DNA from: Magallana gigas
Taxonomy: Eukaryota
Direction: 5' to 3'
DNA: 64,000 nt
Assembly (NCBI RefSeq): GCF_963853765.1
Contig: NC_088855.1
Coordinates: 8,246,001-8,310,000, forward strand
Shown here: positions 48,501 to 62,074 of the stretch, piece after piece
Numbering within the stretch: position 1 is the first letter of the stretch
How the letters are laid out: each line of letters begins with the position of its first letter
The notes under the pieces: generated by a model
Seen by the model: only the letters and a program-made list of their open reading frames with translations
Databases searched by the model: none
What the model was told of the DNA's origin: nothing
Translations under genes and position numbers: made by a program

Positions 48501-51500
48501 TATGTCAGACTTTCAAAAGCATATAAAGTAATAGTTGAATCTTTCATTTCATGTTTAGATATGTATAACCCATATTTGGCTTTACTAGTATGTATTTGTG
48601 ATACTGAGAACATTCACAACTATTAAAATTGTTCAAGCCTTACAAAAAGATCATTAAAGTCTGAATAAATTCCACTGATTTTACCATGTATGAATTGTTT
48701 CTTACTTATAGGTCTTGATAAGGATCCTTATGTTCAACACACTGTTTCCTCAATCCAGCAAAAAGGCAAAAGGTGGGAACTGACAATTTATTTTGTATCT
48801 TTTTCTGTGTATTTTATTTTCATAATTTTAATGATGCAAGATTTATTCTGATTTTTTAATTTGATATGAAAATTGTTGTATATTGCCTACTGTAATTTTG
48901 CGATTGTTTCTGTGTAGTAGGATATTGCGAATCAGAAGTTGTCCTGAGAATCAAAAGTTTGGTCCTGGAAATCCTGACAAAGTTCCATGTCACTGTAAGT
49001 TTGAAATTAACATATTGCTTACTCTGGTCACTTATTTTCTCCCTCGTTTCACTCCTCCGAAAATAAATCTTTTCTTGTCTAATTTAAAAAACAACAACAA
49101 AATGAAATAGGTTAGGTGCGTTCGTTACAAGATCGCATTTAATAACAATTAAACACAAACGTATATATAAAATAATTGCATACCATATAAACAAACATGT
49201 AAATTGTGCAATACAGTGTACAGGGCGGGCAGGGAGGGTAACTATCAACTCCTTACAACCTTGTAACGAACGTCGCAATGACCAAAATCATGCATGAAAA
49301 ACTATTTATACTACGCGCCAAGTCACTCGTGCGTGACGAAACTACTAATAATAGAATAAAGATTTCCGTAATGTCGTAAAATCAAAAAACGTTAAGAAAT
49401 TCATTCATGGTCTCTGACTTAAGGTAACTCCGATCCTATAAAATTATGGGTTCAAAGTTAAAAAACTTAACTTTTTTTAACTTATTGGACTTGAATTTCA
49501 TCAAAAAATAAAGAAAATATATATGTATCCATACTATTTAAGATGTAAGGTAATAAAAACCAAAGGCTGAAATTATCATCTGAAAATCACACTTTTTTGT
49601 TTAAAAATTAAATATTAGTGGATGAACACTTGTTTGTCTATTTAAATTTTATTGCTTACTATGCCAGAAAACTAAAATTAATTTAAAAAAAAGAAAAAGT
49701 TGTTTACACTGGAAAAATTATAGCATTTAGATATATCACTTAGAGGAAAATAGAAAAGAGTTATTTCCCTTTGTCATTATTGAATTATGTCGAATATAAG
49801 GATAAAAAACGCTTATTAAATATCTCCAAGTAAACAATGATTTGAGTTTTTGATGTGCACCTATAATAACATAGAAATTACAAATCTACTTGCAAGAATT
49901 TTAATGAATTCATGGTTTATGTAAAATGTATGACGTCACAAGAGGGTGGATTTACTTTAAAGCATTTCTCATTAACATTGAACATATGGTATTTTTAGTA
50001 TGTACTTGTTTTCTTACAATTTCCTTTTACAAAGTTCAAGTTATAGGAAAACTGTAAATTAGAAGTTAATGAAACAAGCATAGCATGAGCCTTGTTTATA
50101 GGTCACATATTTCTAAGTTCTCTAAGTTTCTAAGTTCCTTGAGACTTCACTTCTCCCTAACAGGAAAATAGGGAGAAGTTGGAGAAATCAGGGAGACTTC
50201 CATTACTTAATGAAGGCACAACGCTAATGATGATATGTACACATATTTAACCTTTAATAATTTAAATTAGATTAGATGCAAGTCAAAAGAGAAAACAACT
50301 TTTAACATTTTAAAAATGTATCTAATTTTTTTATTTAATTTATTTGATGTATTCATACATTTTATTGATGAAATGTTTTGTAATTATTTTAGCTAAATGA
50401 CAAATAAAATCAATTTTTGTATTTATGTTTATTTTGGAGGTATTAGTCCAACCCTTTGACCCAATTACAACTGTTATGTAGAGGATCTTATTCTTTTAAG
50501 ATAAACAGGTTTTATGATTAAGTTAGCATTATTTTGGCAGAGATATTAACTAATAACAAGTAATTGTAAAATCAACATTAAAGAGATAAACATCCGTTGC
50601 ACAGTATGTGGTTGCATCACCTGTATTTATAACCCTTAAAGATAAGACAGTTTTGAGTAATTGATCACAACAGGGGTTAACTGAGGCAGTGAAAATGTCT
50701 TAAAAAGTAGATAATTATCATTTTATTGCCTTTCGGGTTGATTTACATGATTGTGAACTCATAATAAAGGGCGACTTCAACTTCTCTTTTGGAGAAAATT
50801 CCGGCAAAGTTACCAATCAAAAAGCGACTTTTTCGCCCAAGTTGCCCCCTAGGTTGGTTCTTGTTACTTGTCATTTAATTTTTGACATTCAAATTTTTTT
50901 AAGCATTTGAAATACCCAAATTAAGAAGTTTAGACATTGAAAATGGAAAAATGAAATAGAAATATTTTAGCTCAAAATTGTGATTATACCCTTTTAAGGC
51001 ACAGTGATTTAAAAAGTGTATATAATATCTATTGTATTGATAATCATTTGTTTCCTTTGCAGTCTATAGGGGAACAGGTGACGTCCCTTCTGATGGTGGA
51101 TGATGAGGTCCTGAATTATGTGTTCACCCTGCTTGCACACCAGAAAACTTTCATCAATGCCTGTCAGCTAATAGAAGACATGCTACAGTCCAGGAAAGAA
51201 GTCCTAGACCTTCACAGAATCAGTGAGTACACTCTGTAATGAGACCAGTCCTTCCGACTCAAGGACTTAACCAGTCTTACTAATGTTAACTCATCCAAAT
51301 GGAGAGAAAAAGAATCAAGTAGTATTAATATTGAATTTTGCCCCATATTCTTTTTTCATGTTTTGAGTTATAATACATGTAAAGCATAAGAGTTAATATG
51401 GGTGCTGTTGTTTGTAGAGAATATTCGACCTTTGATACAGTCCCTGTCGGATCAGCAGCTGGCCAACTTCTGCCGCATTCTGGCTGTTGCCATCTCTGAT

Positions 51501-54500
51501 TTGGATATCTATGAAAACAAATCTTCCTGTAAGTTTTGTATGTAGTATTTCTTTCTCTTAGTTAAAATAATATAGTTGAAGATCAAATTCAAATAATAGA
51601 ATTGTCATATACTGCCTTGTTTAGTCAATATTGTTAATCAGAACTTAGTGAATGTTACTGTAAAGTCTAGAGTAAAAAACACACTCATGTATAATGCCAA
51701 CCACTACTCTCTAAAAGTTGAATGATTTTTCAGTTAAAGATTTTTATGTGATTGTGTTGATTATGTATTCCAAACTCTTATAAATTACAAGTGTGGGTGA
51801 CATACATGTATTGTCATCATCAAGTCCAGCATACAGTTGGTCAAATCTAAACAACGTCTATGCATGTAAAACATAACAAATTTTTGTGCATAAGGAGTAA
51901 AAATATTTTTATTTGAATTATCATCATTGAAAATCTTCCTGCAAATTATTTTTATTATAAAAATGTGATGCCCAACATGAGAAAACTGCAACTATTTGAC
52001 ACACAAAAACTTTTTGGACGAATTCAGATGTTAGAGATATGTAGTTAATAAAGTATTTTTGATGAAAGAAGTATTTGTAAACTTAAAAAACCTGCATGTT
52101 ATGCTCAATATCGAGGAATGTACTCCTACAGTCCACACACAAAGAAACTGATGGAGGGATAAATAAATGTTTCCTGTTTGATATTCACCCCTAACTTTTG
52201 ATACAAGAATTATGAGCAATAAAAAGTGATTTAATATGAGCTGGAAAAATTGTGTTTTGTGCACGACACTTAATTAATAAATGTTTGATTGATTTCTTAT
52301 ACCATGTATTGTTGATATCCCTGTTGTAGTATTTGCACAGAACAAACAAAAGAGAACAAAGGGATTTGTAAATGTCAGAGACATCAACCAAGGTCTGTGT
52401 TTTTTATTTTTTTTATAAGGGCAGTTTGAATTTGATGTTGATATGTTTTAGATTTACTTAACCTGATGATTTGTTATTTTTTTATATACAGAGTTACTTC
52501 TGGGGATCCCTGAGCTGCTTCCAAGGCTGGTTAATTTGGCAGTGTCAAGGGACTGTAAGTACTTGTATTGATATAAAACATCTACTATGTATTGCTTATT
52601 GTTTTTTAATTGCTTTAAAAGAATTCATTTAAAGTGTTCCATATCCGTTCAGAAAGATAAAAGACCTGAAGCAAAGTGTTACAAGACCTGATTATGAGAG
52701 TCGTTTTAACAACAGCTTGGACTTTGGGCAGTATGCCACAAACTTCAATGTGATGAAGACAGCCTCTACTCATGGTTAACTGTCCATTCATTGGCCAATA
52801 GATAGGAATACATTCAACCCTATGACACTTGTCAGACTTTATCCATATTTCAATTGAAACAACAACACACAACAAAGCATATCTTGGAGAGAAAATTTTT
52901 GTCTTATTTTGACAGTATATGAATATTTATGAGGTTCTCTTAGGAAATTAGGAGAAAAGAGGTCAATATTTGACAGAGTGTTTTAATTAACAAACTGGAT
53001 GGTAACATCTCACCGAAAGTTTAAGCTTTGTTAAAATGGTTCTGCCCATAAAAACATAAGTGCAACATTGTGTGTTTTTTCTGCATTGCTTAATGGTTTT
53101 GGGTTGTTGTTGTTGCACAGACACCCCACGCTACCGAGGGATGGTCAGTGAACTGGACTGTTGGATGGAGTGGATCGAGAACCAGATGGCCGAGGAAATG
53201 TATGACAGCCCTTCATTGGACGACTTCGAAGATTTTATCGGAGGTGAGCAATTTATTTTTATTATCAATTTATTAATCAGTATGCACCATTTCTATTGAA
53301 TACAAAGATGTTTCATATGACTTTTGAATGATATATAATGTCAGATGATTTGAACTTTGCTATTTTTTGGTTTATGTGTCAATGCATAAACCATTAACAA
53401 TGAGTATGTAATTTTCCTGTCATAAATAAATAACATGTTTATATTTGAAATAAATCTTTACACAAATAGGTTTCTATAATACGGTGTAGATAAAAGTTGT
53501 TAATGAGTGTGATGTGGTCTGGTTGTAGGAATCTCCGAGCCCACGACAGCGGGCGGGCCAATGAACCAACAGCAGGGGCTGAAGATCACAGAGGAACTGG
53601 TACAGAGGGTGGAGGTCGTTTACGTGCTGGGCCTGTTTCTGCTGGGGAAACACCGGAAAAAGGTACTCTCATCAGCACCAGGGAAACACTTCCACTGTAA
53701 TAGAGTAGAAAGCTTTGTTTCATAATAGCAGAATATTTATACAATGTATTAATTGTACTTCAGGTTCAAAGAAAGTTAGCAGAGTTGAAGCTTGCTCCAG
53801 GTCTCAGTGAATTGTTTGACCAGTTCATCTGGAAATGTCAAGTGTAAGTTAGTAAGATACAAAAAAATTATACGAAGACTGAAAGACTGAGGTATTCTCA
53901 TCATATCAAGTGCAGTTGTCCAATTAATAGCTGTTAATTGATATGTTTCCAGAAGCAGATACAGTAGCCGCCATCGTTTACGAGGTCACAATGCTGCCTG
54001 TGAATGTAGTCCTGTAAGTGTTACATAATATTCATTTGTTTCAAAATCAATCTTTTATTGAATTTTCATCCTCCTTTACAATTTACATATTGCCACTGCA
54101 TGGTATTCTAATTTTGCAGGAGGTAGCTCTGAAGATACAGTTTCTTCGACTTGTCCATAGTTTTTGTGATCACTCTGAGTAAGTATTAAAACTTTTGCGA
54201 ATTTATTGTGTTGAAAAACATTGTGTCCTTTTAAAACTGAGAAAAGTTTTCTACCATTTGATTCTGATTCTTTTCAGCTACAAGCACCTACTTCTGTCAA
54301 AGAATGAGTTAAATGAAGTGGTCAGAATTAACAGTGAGTTCTATTTTTGTACTCCTGATGCCATCAATTATTACTTGTAAAATTTTCATGTACATATTGA
54401 TTTTTTAATGCTCATTAAAGGAAAAATTAAGACAGAACTCTATTTCATATGCTCTCTGTTTTAGCCAAAGCAGGATCCTTGGCACTTTCAAATCTCTCCT

Positions 54501-57500
54501 CAGTGAATAAGTAAGTTTTGATAAAAATTGTAGATAGCCTCAATATTACTACTAGGTATCTATTGCCTTTATTTGACTTTATTTTTTAACTTTATTTGAA
54601 GAAATGAGTCATGAATTCAGTTATTTAATAAAGAAATAGAAGTTTAAAAAATATATAAGAGCATGTACTAGTTATGGAATGGGAGTGCAAATAATTCTCC
54701 AGTTAAACCATAATTGAATGTGAAATAAAATGCTTCTGCTGTGCTTGACAGACAACTGATGTGCAAGGGCAGCAAGGGTTTGTTGACAAAGATTGTGGAG
54801 GTGATGAAGAAAGAACCTACTACATCAACGTTTCGATTCTGGCTGGCCAGGGCTGTGGAGAGCTATCTCAGGGGCAACACATCTTACTGTGATCAGGTGT
54901 TCCTAATGAGACGGGGCCTTCTACAGGTAAGTTGTCTGTTACCTTGTAGGGAAATACTTTTTAACATGTATACTGTATTTACCTATGAATAATTTTAAGT
55001 AAACTTGTTACTTCCTTTGCAGCATGTAGCATCCAATATCGTGGAACATGAAATCAGACACAAGGAAATTCTACAGAGTAGTTTTGACTTGCTTGGAGAG
55101 TTGATCAAATTCAATGTAGAAGCATTCAAAACTTTTGAGGAAATTCTTCACACACAACCAAATGTAAGTTCTAAACATATTCATTTCTTTAAATACTGTA
55201 CCTGTATATAATATTTAAAAAAATACTAGGCAGAATTGTAATACATTAATGAACAAATGTATATCACTAAATTTTATGTACTATTAAAGAGCTTAGCATC
55301 ATCCTTTTGTTTATTATTTATAGAGAGATAGAATTTGATTTTAAATTCTGATTATTCGTTGACAGTTTGACAAGTTCATCAACACAGTCAACAGGAATCT
55401 TGTGGACTCCAACATGTTTATCCGTAGTCTGGTTCTCTCCCTTGAACACCTGATGAACGAGGAAGTGGTGTTTATGGGTAAGACTACAGTCACTTACTCT
55501 GGGGATTAAAATGCCATTAACAAAATACATGTCTTATTAATAAAGATAGTAACCCTTTCTTTGTAATGAATTGACTCTAATAATAATTGCTTTTATTTGA
55601 TATAGATTATGCCAAGAAGGAGAACAAGTTGTTGATGTACATTGGTGACTTCAACCGACAGCTGGACTATCTGTACAAGCTCATCAAAATCATCAATGTT
55701 CAAAATCTCACTCAGGCATGTACTCATTTAGTCTTTTCTATATAAATAATATGTAGATAAAAATTTACATATGTGATAACTGGAGATGTCTCATGCTGCT
55801 TACCGGTATGTGGAGAGTTACAGCTTGAATGTAGAGAAAATCACAAATTGCATATTTTTATACAAAGTTCCTATTGTTTCCTTCAGGAGAATGTAAGTTG
55901 TCTCAACACGACGCTGGTGTTCCTGATGTTTGCGAATCGGAAGAACGCCCTGCCTCGCTACCTCCAGGCCCTGCGTGACGAGAAGGAGGACATGATGGAA
56001 GTCAGCGGCTCCGCCAACCTCCTCCGGAACTTCAGGTCAGGAGAGCATTTACATTTGGAGCTGCTGCGTTATGTTGATTATTTATTTTTTTATGGTTCAT
56101 GGAGATATAATATGGTGGATTTACTTTTATGTAATGAATAAAGACTGTTTTATGATTCATTTGGGATGTTAATCTATGGGTAAGGGATACCCAAAAAGCA
56201 ACAGAAATTGGTCCCTTAAAGTATTAATGATTCCACAGTAAATCCCATATTATTGTATCAATGAACTACATTAAGTAAAACTTCAGTACAGTAGAACTTG
56301 TTTAGTACAAACACGGATATAGGGAATTCTCGGATATACAGTCGCACCTGTTTTAAGCGGCCACCTGTGGGACAATGCCAAACTGGCCGCTAAAGACAGG
56401 TGGCCTCTTATTCCAGGTTTCAAAATAATGGAAAAAAAAACATCGAGTATTTTCATTTTGGCTCTATTGCACAGATTTATTAATAGCATCTGTAATGGCG
56501 GCGTACACAGAGATGGTGAATGCACAGCTCGGAATGCTAAATAAACAGTTTATATCAATTCTAAATGGCCGTTTTAGTTCCATTTATCTATCAAGGGATT
56601 AAGAACAAAACATTTTCTGCTAAATACGCCCAAATGATAATTTTCAAGGTATTAAATGCGGTAAACAAACATAGTAGCGTTTCCGTACAAAGGCTACTTA
56701 CTGAACTACGATAGCCGATGTTTTACCTTTTAAAAAAAGTATCAAAATTCCATTCTTATATATATTAAGAACCCGTTTTATTATCTCAAAGAAATTTTCT
56801 AGGAAAAAAGTGCATACTACCGGCTATTTTGCACATGTTAAGCTGTTCAGCGCAAGACTGGCCATATACAATGACTTTGTAATGAAGTATATAAGTACGT
56901 GTCGATATATAAACAACACAAAACAGGTGTTATGATAATCAATTATCACATTAAATCTCAGCAGACTTCAAATAACACACTCAATTATTTGTCATTAACT
57001 CATTATCAGCTTTCGAAGTTTGGCTTCTTTCGATACGGGGTCACATGTCAGATTCAAAAGTCATGTGACAAAACAGACAAAATGGCCGTCGAAAACAGGC
57101 ATGTTGAAGCCACGGGACCTAAAAACAGTGGCCGCTGGCCGCGTTAGACAGGTGGCCGCTTAAATCAGTTAAAATATAGTGTAAAACTAAACGGGCGGGA
57201 TTAAAACTGGCCGCTCATGGCGAGTGGCCGCTGATTAAAGGTGGCCATAACAGCAGGTGCGACTGTAGTGTAGTTTTTTTTTTTAGTTACTGGTAAAATT
57301 CTTTACAAATCTTTACAAAATTTTAAGGTGATAACGAATTTGGATGTAACGAATTTACGGATATAGGGAACTGATTTTGAGTCCCGTAGAGGTGAATAAT
57401 AATGAAATTTAACACTTTTAAACGAACTTCTTTACAGTTTAAAAAAGTTTGCACTACCACATAACATAATAGTTTGAATGAATTTATTTTCATATAAATT

Positions 57501-58106
57501 TTTCGACTCACAATCCGATTATTAAAGTATCAAAGTAATGTAATTTTATTCTTAGGCTTCATTTGCAAAAATTATAGTCTGGTGAAAGAAAACATGTATA
57601 TCGTGAATTCGTAATATTTATTATTACGAATTCATTATACGGATATAACAAATTATGGATACAAAAAAGTAAATCCATTGGTCCCTATGACTTCGCAATA
57701 ACCGAGTTTTAGTGTACTTTTAATTTAAACTGACGTGTGCCTTTATTTCAGGGAGTTGTTAGTCTTCTGGCAAGACCATTACCTTCACAAAGACAAAGAC
57801 TGCAGTGCTCTAGAAAAGGTAATACCGTGATCTTATACTCACTGTTTGCAGTATGATTTAAAGCAGGTAGTGGTGATATGATCGTAGATCCTAATTTGAA
57901 TAACATAACACTGCACAAATTTTTTCTTGTGTTTACCATGCTATTGCTGCAAACTTGACCCTGACTTTTTGTGATTTCAGAGTTCCAGAATCAGCTTTGA
58001 CTACTGGAAGTCCACTGTTTCTACTCTAGTCACAGCCGACAAAAACGATAAATGCGGTATTCTTCACTATGTTCAGGAACCTATGAAGTGTGACCGACCA
58101 AATTAA
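45530..58106 (+). CDS. TRPC4AP: Short transient receptor potential channel 4-associated protein (TRUSS; CRL4 substrate receptor), 770 aa
   Basis: 23 in-phase exons: 45530-45631, 46295-46417, 48370-48483, 48712-48772, 48918-48994, 51063-51222, 51418-51528, 52330-52392, 52492-52554, 53121-53243, 53529-53662, 53764-53843, 53953-54013, 54120-54178, 54278-54333, 54465-54510, 54752-54926, 55023-55163, 55366-55477, 55606-55715, 55887-56035, 57752-57818, 57981-58106. Signature blocks QQLANFCRILAV, LKIQFLRL, FRFWLARAVESYLRG, FDLLGELIKFN, QENVSCLNT, HYLHKDKD. The first exon is the least certain. Confidence 0.93.
46431..47488. mobile_element. 1058-bp non-autonomous DNA transposon, CAGTCTAGAC TIRs (about 32 bp), 5-bp TSD (TTTAT)
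   Basis: tttat|CAGTCTAGACGGGACTCCCAAAACGGAGT ... ACTCCGTTTTGGGAGTCCGTCTAGACTG|tttat; ACTCCCAAAACGGAGT is repeated subterminally. Inserted 13 nt downstream of TRPC4AP exon 2. Confidence 0.85.
49423..49956. mobile_element. TTAA-flanked element with short imperfect TIRs (Kolobok-like)
   Basis: TTAA|GGTAACTCC ... GGATTTACT|TTAA (7 of 9 TIR positions match). Confidence 0.45.
56289..57714. mobile_element. TA-flanked Tc1/mariner-pogo-type MITE (outer), interrupted by a second MITE
   Basis: TA|CAGTAGAACTTG ... CGAGTTTTAGTG|TA with internal CGGATATA and AACGAATT repeats. Confidence 0.65.
56339..57265. mobile_element. TA-flanked Tc1/mariner-type MITE (inner), 927 bp
   Basis: TA|CAGTCGCACCTG ... CAGGTGCGACTG|TA; subterminal TGGCCGCT repeats. 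Confidence 0.85.
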
Positions 58107-61100
58107 GTAATTAGTGTGAGATACTAGCCAATCATTCTAGGTTGTTACTGGATTGACTGCATGGGCATTGAAGCCATTACTGGTTATGGCTGTTCTTCTT
58201 ATATGAAGGCTCTTATGCGGGTACTAGGAGCAAAGAGTTGCATTCTTTCACTTGTGCAATTACATACATGTATGTTTGATTTAACCAAGTGCAATGACTT
58301 TGTAAAACAGACATCCTAATGGAAGCAAGTGCAATATTCAGACCACACGATGGTGCAAAACGAGTGTAGCTGGTCCTCCTCAGTCAAAACTAAGGAACCA
58401 GTTTATAAGTGAAGTGGACAACAGTCATTATTTTATGCCATTACTAGCCACTTGCTGGTGAAACACTAAGTTGTGGCAATCTGTGTTATAACAATGGAAT
58501 AATTCTTCTTTTTTTGTCACGGATTGAATCTGGCATGAGCTGAGACAAGGTAAAGACAAAAACAAAAACAGGCTTTGTGTCATAGTATTGTGTTCATTTT
58601 CTCTTCATATTTTGACTTGTGTCCATACTGGGCAACTTCTCCCATGACAAAACAGAGGAATTTCCAGTTACATTTCTTTTGGTTTTTGATATGGAGGAAA
58701 AGGCATTCAGTGCTGGAGTTTTAAATTGTTTTTAACATTGATCATCTGTATTTTGTTTGACATTGAGAATGTGAAGTTCTCAAAAAAATTGTTGTCACCT
58801 GTGTATTATATAATTTATTCACACCTGTATTTATATTGTTCTGCACGTTATGTATTTTTGTGAATCGGAGTGAGAATTGCATCAAATTTAAAATATTTAT
58901 TGTGTGACTGAAATTGTGTAAGCAAGTAGAATTGAATGAGTATTGAATGAGTACATATGTATACGGACAGAGTTCATCAGAGCAACATTATAAGACTGTG
59001 TTTGTAATTTGTGTTATTTCTTTTTATGAATTTCTTTTTTAACATCTTATCAAAAATCAATGGGAAAGGTCTTTTATTTTGAACATTACATAATTCATTG
59101 CATATCTTTGATAATGGGATTTCTTAATAGAAAGTAGAGTTTGTTGACAAGCAAATGCAATGATTGAAGCCAAAAAATCAAATATTTTATGTTGCTGGAA
59201 CAATGTGATGATTTATACGGCTTTTATTAATTTTGTCCGTCCATAATTTGTTTGATTTTGAATCTTACTTTCATTTTCCATTTACGCATTATTCGTGTGA
59301 AGTTTTCCCCACATATTGTCATCAGTTTTTGTGCCAAAAGCAAGAAATCTCCAGTGAATGTGTATCTATAGACATGTCAGCCCCAGGCTTTGTGTGAGGA
59401 GTGAGGCATTCTGAGAGTGAATGAAGTTTGTAATTGACTCTGTAGATAGATTGGGCTTTGAATGAGGAAAGGAAGCAACATGCATCGCATGCAGGGTATT
59501 CATATTTTATGTTTTACTTTTCAGCCTTGATGGTAATTGATTTTGGCCCCTTTCTATAAGATTGAATTTTTATGATTAACATAATTTACGTTGTTTGAGT
59601 CGTTTGCAATAACCTTAATGAATTTATATCTAGATCGAAGCTCATTGATTATTTCACCCTATCATCAGTGATCATATCACGCATATTACCTACCATTCCG
59701 TCATGTGTGGGAGGGGCCTGTTATAAGGTGTGATCTCAGGTAACTGAAGGAGCCAGTATATAACTGTATCTTTGATAGATTATTAGCTTCAGTCAGGAGT
59801 TTTCTGTAGTTGTTTTTGTTAGGTCACTTTGAAATCACTTACGAACAAAAACAAATGGTTTTTTTGCATTGTACTTGTATATTAAAGATTTAAATTTTCA
59901 ATTGATGAAATTTAGAAATCAGTTGTAACATAGGAAAATGACTTCTGTTTGTGAAAAAGCGACTATGTTTTCCAGTTTGAGAAAAAAGCTTGTATCTGAT
60001 AGCCATCAAATAATTTGAATTAATGAAGGTTTATGATTTGTCCCTACTTTGTCTAATCTTATATAGACACTTAATTTTAAAGCTTCTTTTTCTTTAAATT
60101 GTGTTTCTACAAATATTCAGTTGAAATAAAAATAATATTTTAGTCAAGTACAGTATCTATATAAATTTTGCATTCATTGACGCAAGATTCATTAGATTGA
60201 AATTCCTTGGTACGTCATTTGTGTTTTGAGACCCCTTATATCATTTATGACTGGTCTTTGTTTTATTCATCTGGGGAAAATTAATTGCAAACATTCATGT
60301 GTTACTGTATGAACATGTTGTAAACACTCTTGAAAAGTATTCTTTATTTTTTGCAAATCCAAATATTTATCGCATCTGTACCCATTGATTGAAACGAAAT
60401 GTATTTGAAGGATAAAAATAAGATGTGAATGAAAGTGTTGATGCTTTTTAATGCTGGTGCACGTAATATAATTCAACCCCATTTGTATTCAGCAGCATAA
60501 TCTTTCGAAAATGCATTCATGTCTTGTGTGATGTGAAAAAGGATGTCATGTTGAACTGAGAAGCGTGACTTTGACGCCCTGTATAGGTTGAGTCTCGGCG
60601 ACCGAATCCTTCTCGGTGCCGGTTTATGTCAATGTGATCTGATACAAGAAGGCAACACACGCATGTCAAGCAGTGACTGCTTTCTTCTTTCATTTGTATT
60701 GTTTTTAATGGTAAGAATGTACTTTTTGTAAATAAAATATTTATTGTTAACAATTATTCATGGCTTGTTATCATTTGTGCTTTGCATTCCAGCAATGTTA
60801 ATTTAGTTGTTATTTAAAAGTGATGTTAGAATTTCCAATCAGTCGATCAGGAGAGTATGGAATAATATTTACCGCATGCACCAGGTGTACGGATATTCTC
60901 ATGATCCTTCCTTACAAAAACTTTAAAAATGTTTTATGTTGCAGTATATCATAAATTATGATTTTTCGCTTTCATTTATAAGATGCATTATCTTCACATG
61001 GTTGAGTTTTTCTTAGGTATGAATTTCCCTTTTTCTATATAAGAAAAACTGAGGTGGTAAACAAACTTCATTCGCTGTTCTACATACAGCTACTTCAAAA

Positions 61101-61424
61101 TATTTGTAGAAAGAAACTGACGACAATTGAAGTTAGTTTGAATAGTATCTATATAGTTCACAGACTTCTTTCAACGTAAGAGAGATAACTCTAATTGGAT
61201 GACTTCGTGTAAATGGGATGTTGAATTTAATAACTGTAAAATGGATTCCTCTTGGGAAATCATTTTCACTGAAAAAAGAATTTTATGAGATTAAATATAG
61301 AAATTATTGAGGTTGGTAGAAAATCAATTCCATTTTTGTAACGAGTTTTAAATTTGACATTTATGGGGTCTTAACTTCAATTCAAAAAGTAATTGGAAAA
61401 AAGGGTTGGATATCATACGCTATG

Positions 61425-61595
61425 CAGTGGTGCTTGAAGCAAATAGGAAGCGGGGGTGGGAGGGGGTAGACTTATCAGAAATCTTGACAAACCAAAAAAA
61501 GGATAGTAGTTATAGCTATGTTTAAATTTGCACCCCCCCCAAAAAAAAATGAGGGGGTCGCTATTAAGCCCCCACCCCCGATTCCGACGCCTATG
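61425..61595. mobile_element. Second, shorter member of the 41042-41341 family; 5-bp TSD with one mismatch
   Basis: ctatg|CAGTGGTGCTTGAAGCAAA ... ATTCCGACGCCTATG|ccatg. Confidence 0.7.
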
Positions 61596-61909
61596 CCATG
61601 GGTTTAAAGTTAATATAGTAGAAGTAAAGGGACGAACATTCATTGTGTATTTTAAATACATGTACTTATTCTGTTGCAATTTTATTTCTTTCTGTGTGTA
61701 AATTAGCTGTATTTTCCCTAGTAAGAAACATTGATAACAAATTTTGCAAACTGTGCAGTTTTCTGTGTCTGATTGGGAGAAGGTTAATGCCCACAGGGGT
61801 CTTGTATATTCCATCACATAAAGAATTGTTATTGTGTCTTGTACATTTGATCACACAAACAAGTGTTTTTGCACCTTCGCAGTCGTGTACACTCATTTGT
61901 TTTCTATTC

Positions 61910-62036
61910 ATGACGTCATTTAATGGCTGTCGGCTACATGCATCACAAGAGATCGTCTGTCCTCGTCCGTCCGCTGTCATTTCCCCTCCATTGGTCAGTG
62001 CGCTGGACTAATCAAAGAAGTGTCCTTCCATTAAAA
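61910..62036 (+). promoter_or_regulatory. Candidate proximal promoter of the lipocalin gene (CRE palindrome, inverted CCAAT, TATA-like)
   Basis: ATGACGTCAT at 61910-61919, ATTGG at 61990-61994, ATTAAAA at 62030-62036, about 40 nt before the ATG. Motif matches only. Confidence 0.35.
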
Positions 62037-62074
62037 CCAAAGTTTGGGAGCACCACGACGCACTCGGCAGAAAC

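Noticed and set aside
60594-60622. GC-rich hairpin (CGGCGACCGA...TCGGTGCCG) downstream of TRPC4AP as a SECIS, IRE or histone stem-loop
   Set aside because: Lacks the defining consensus of each, and no selenoprotein or histone gene is nearby.
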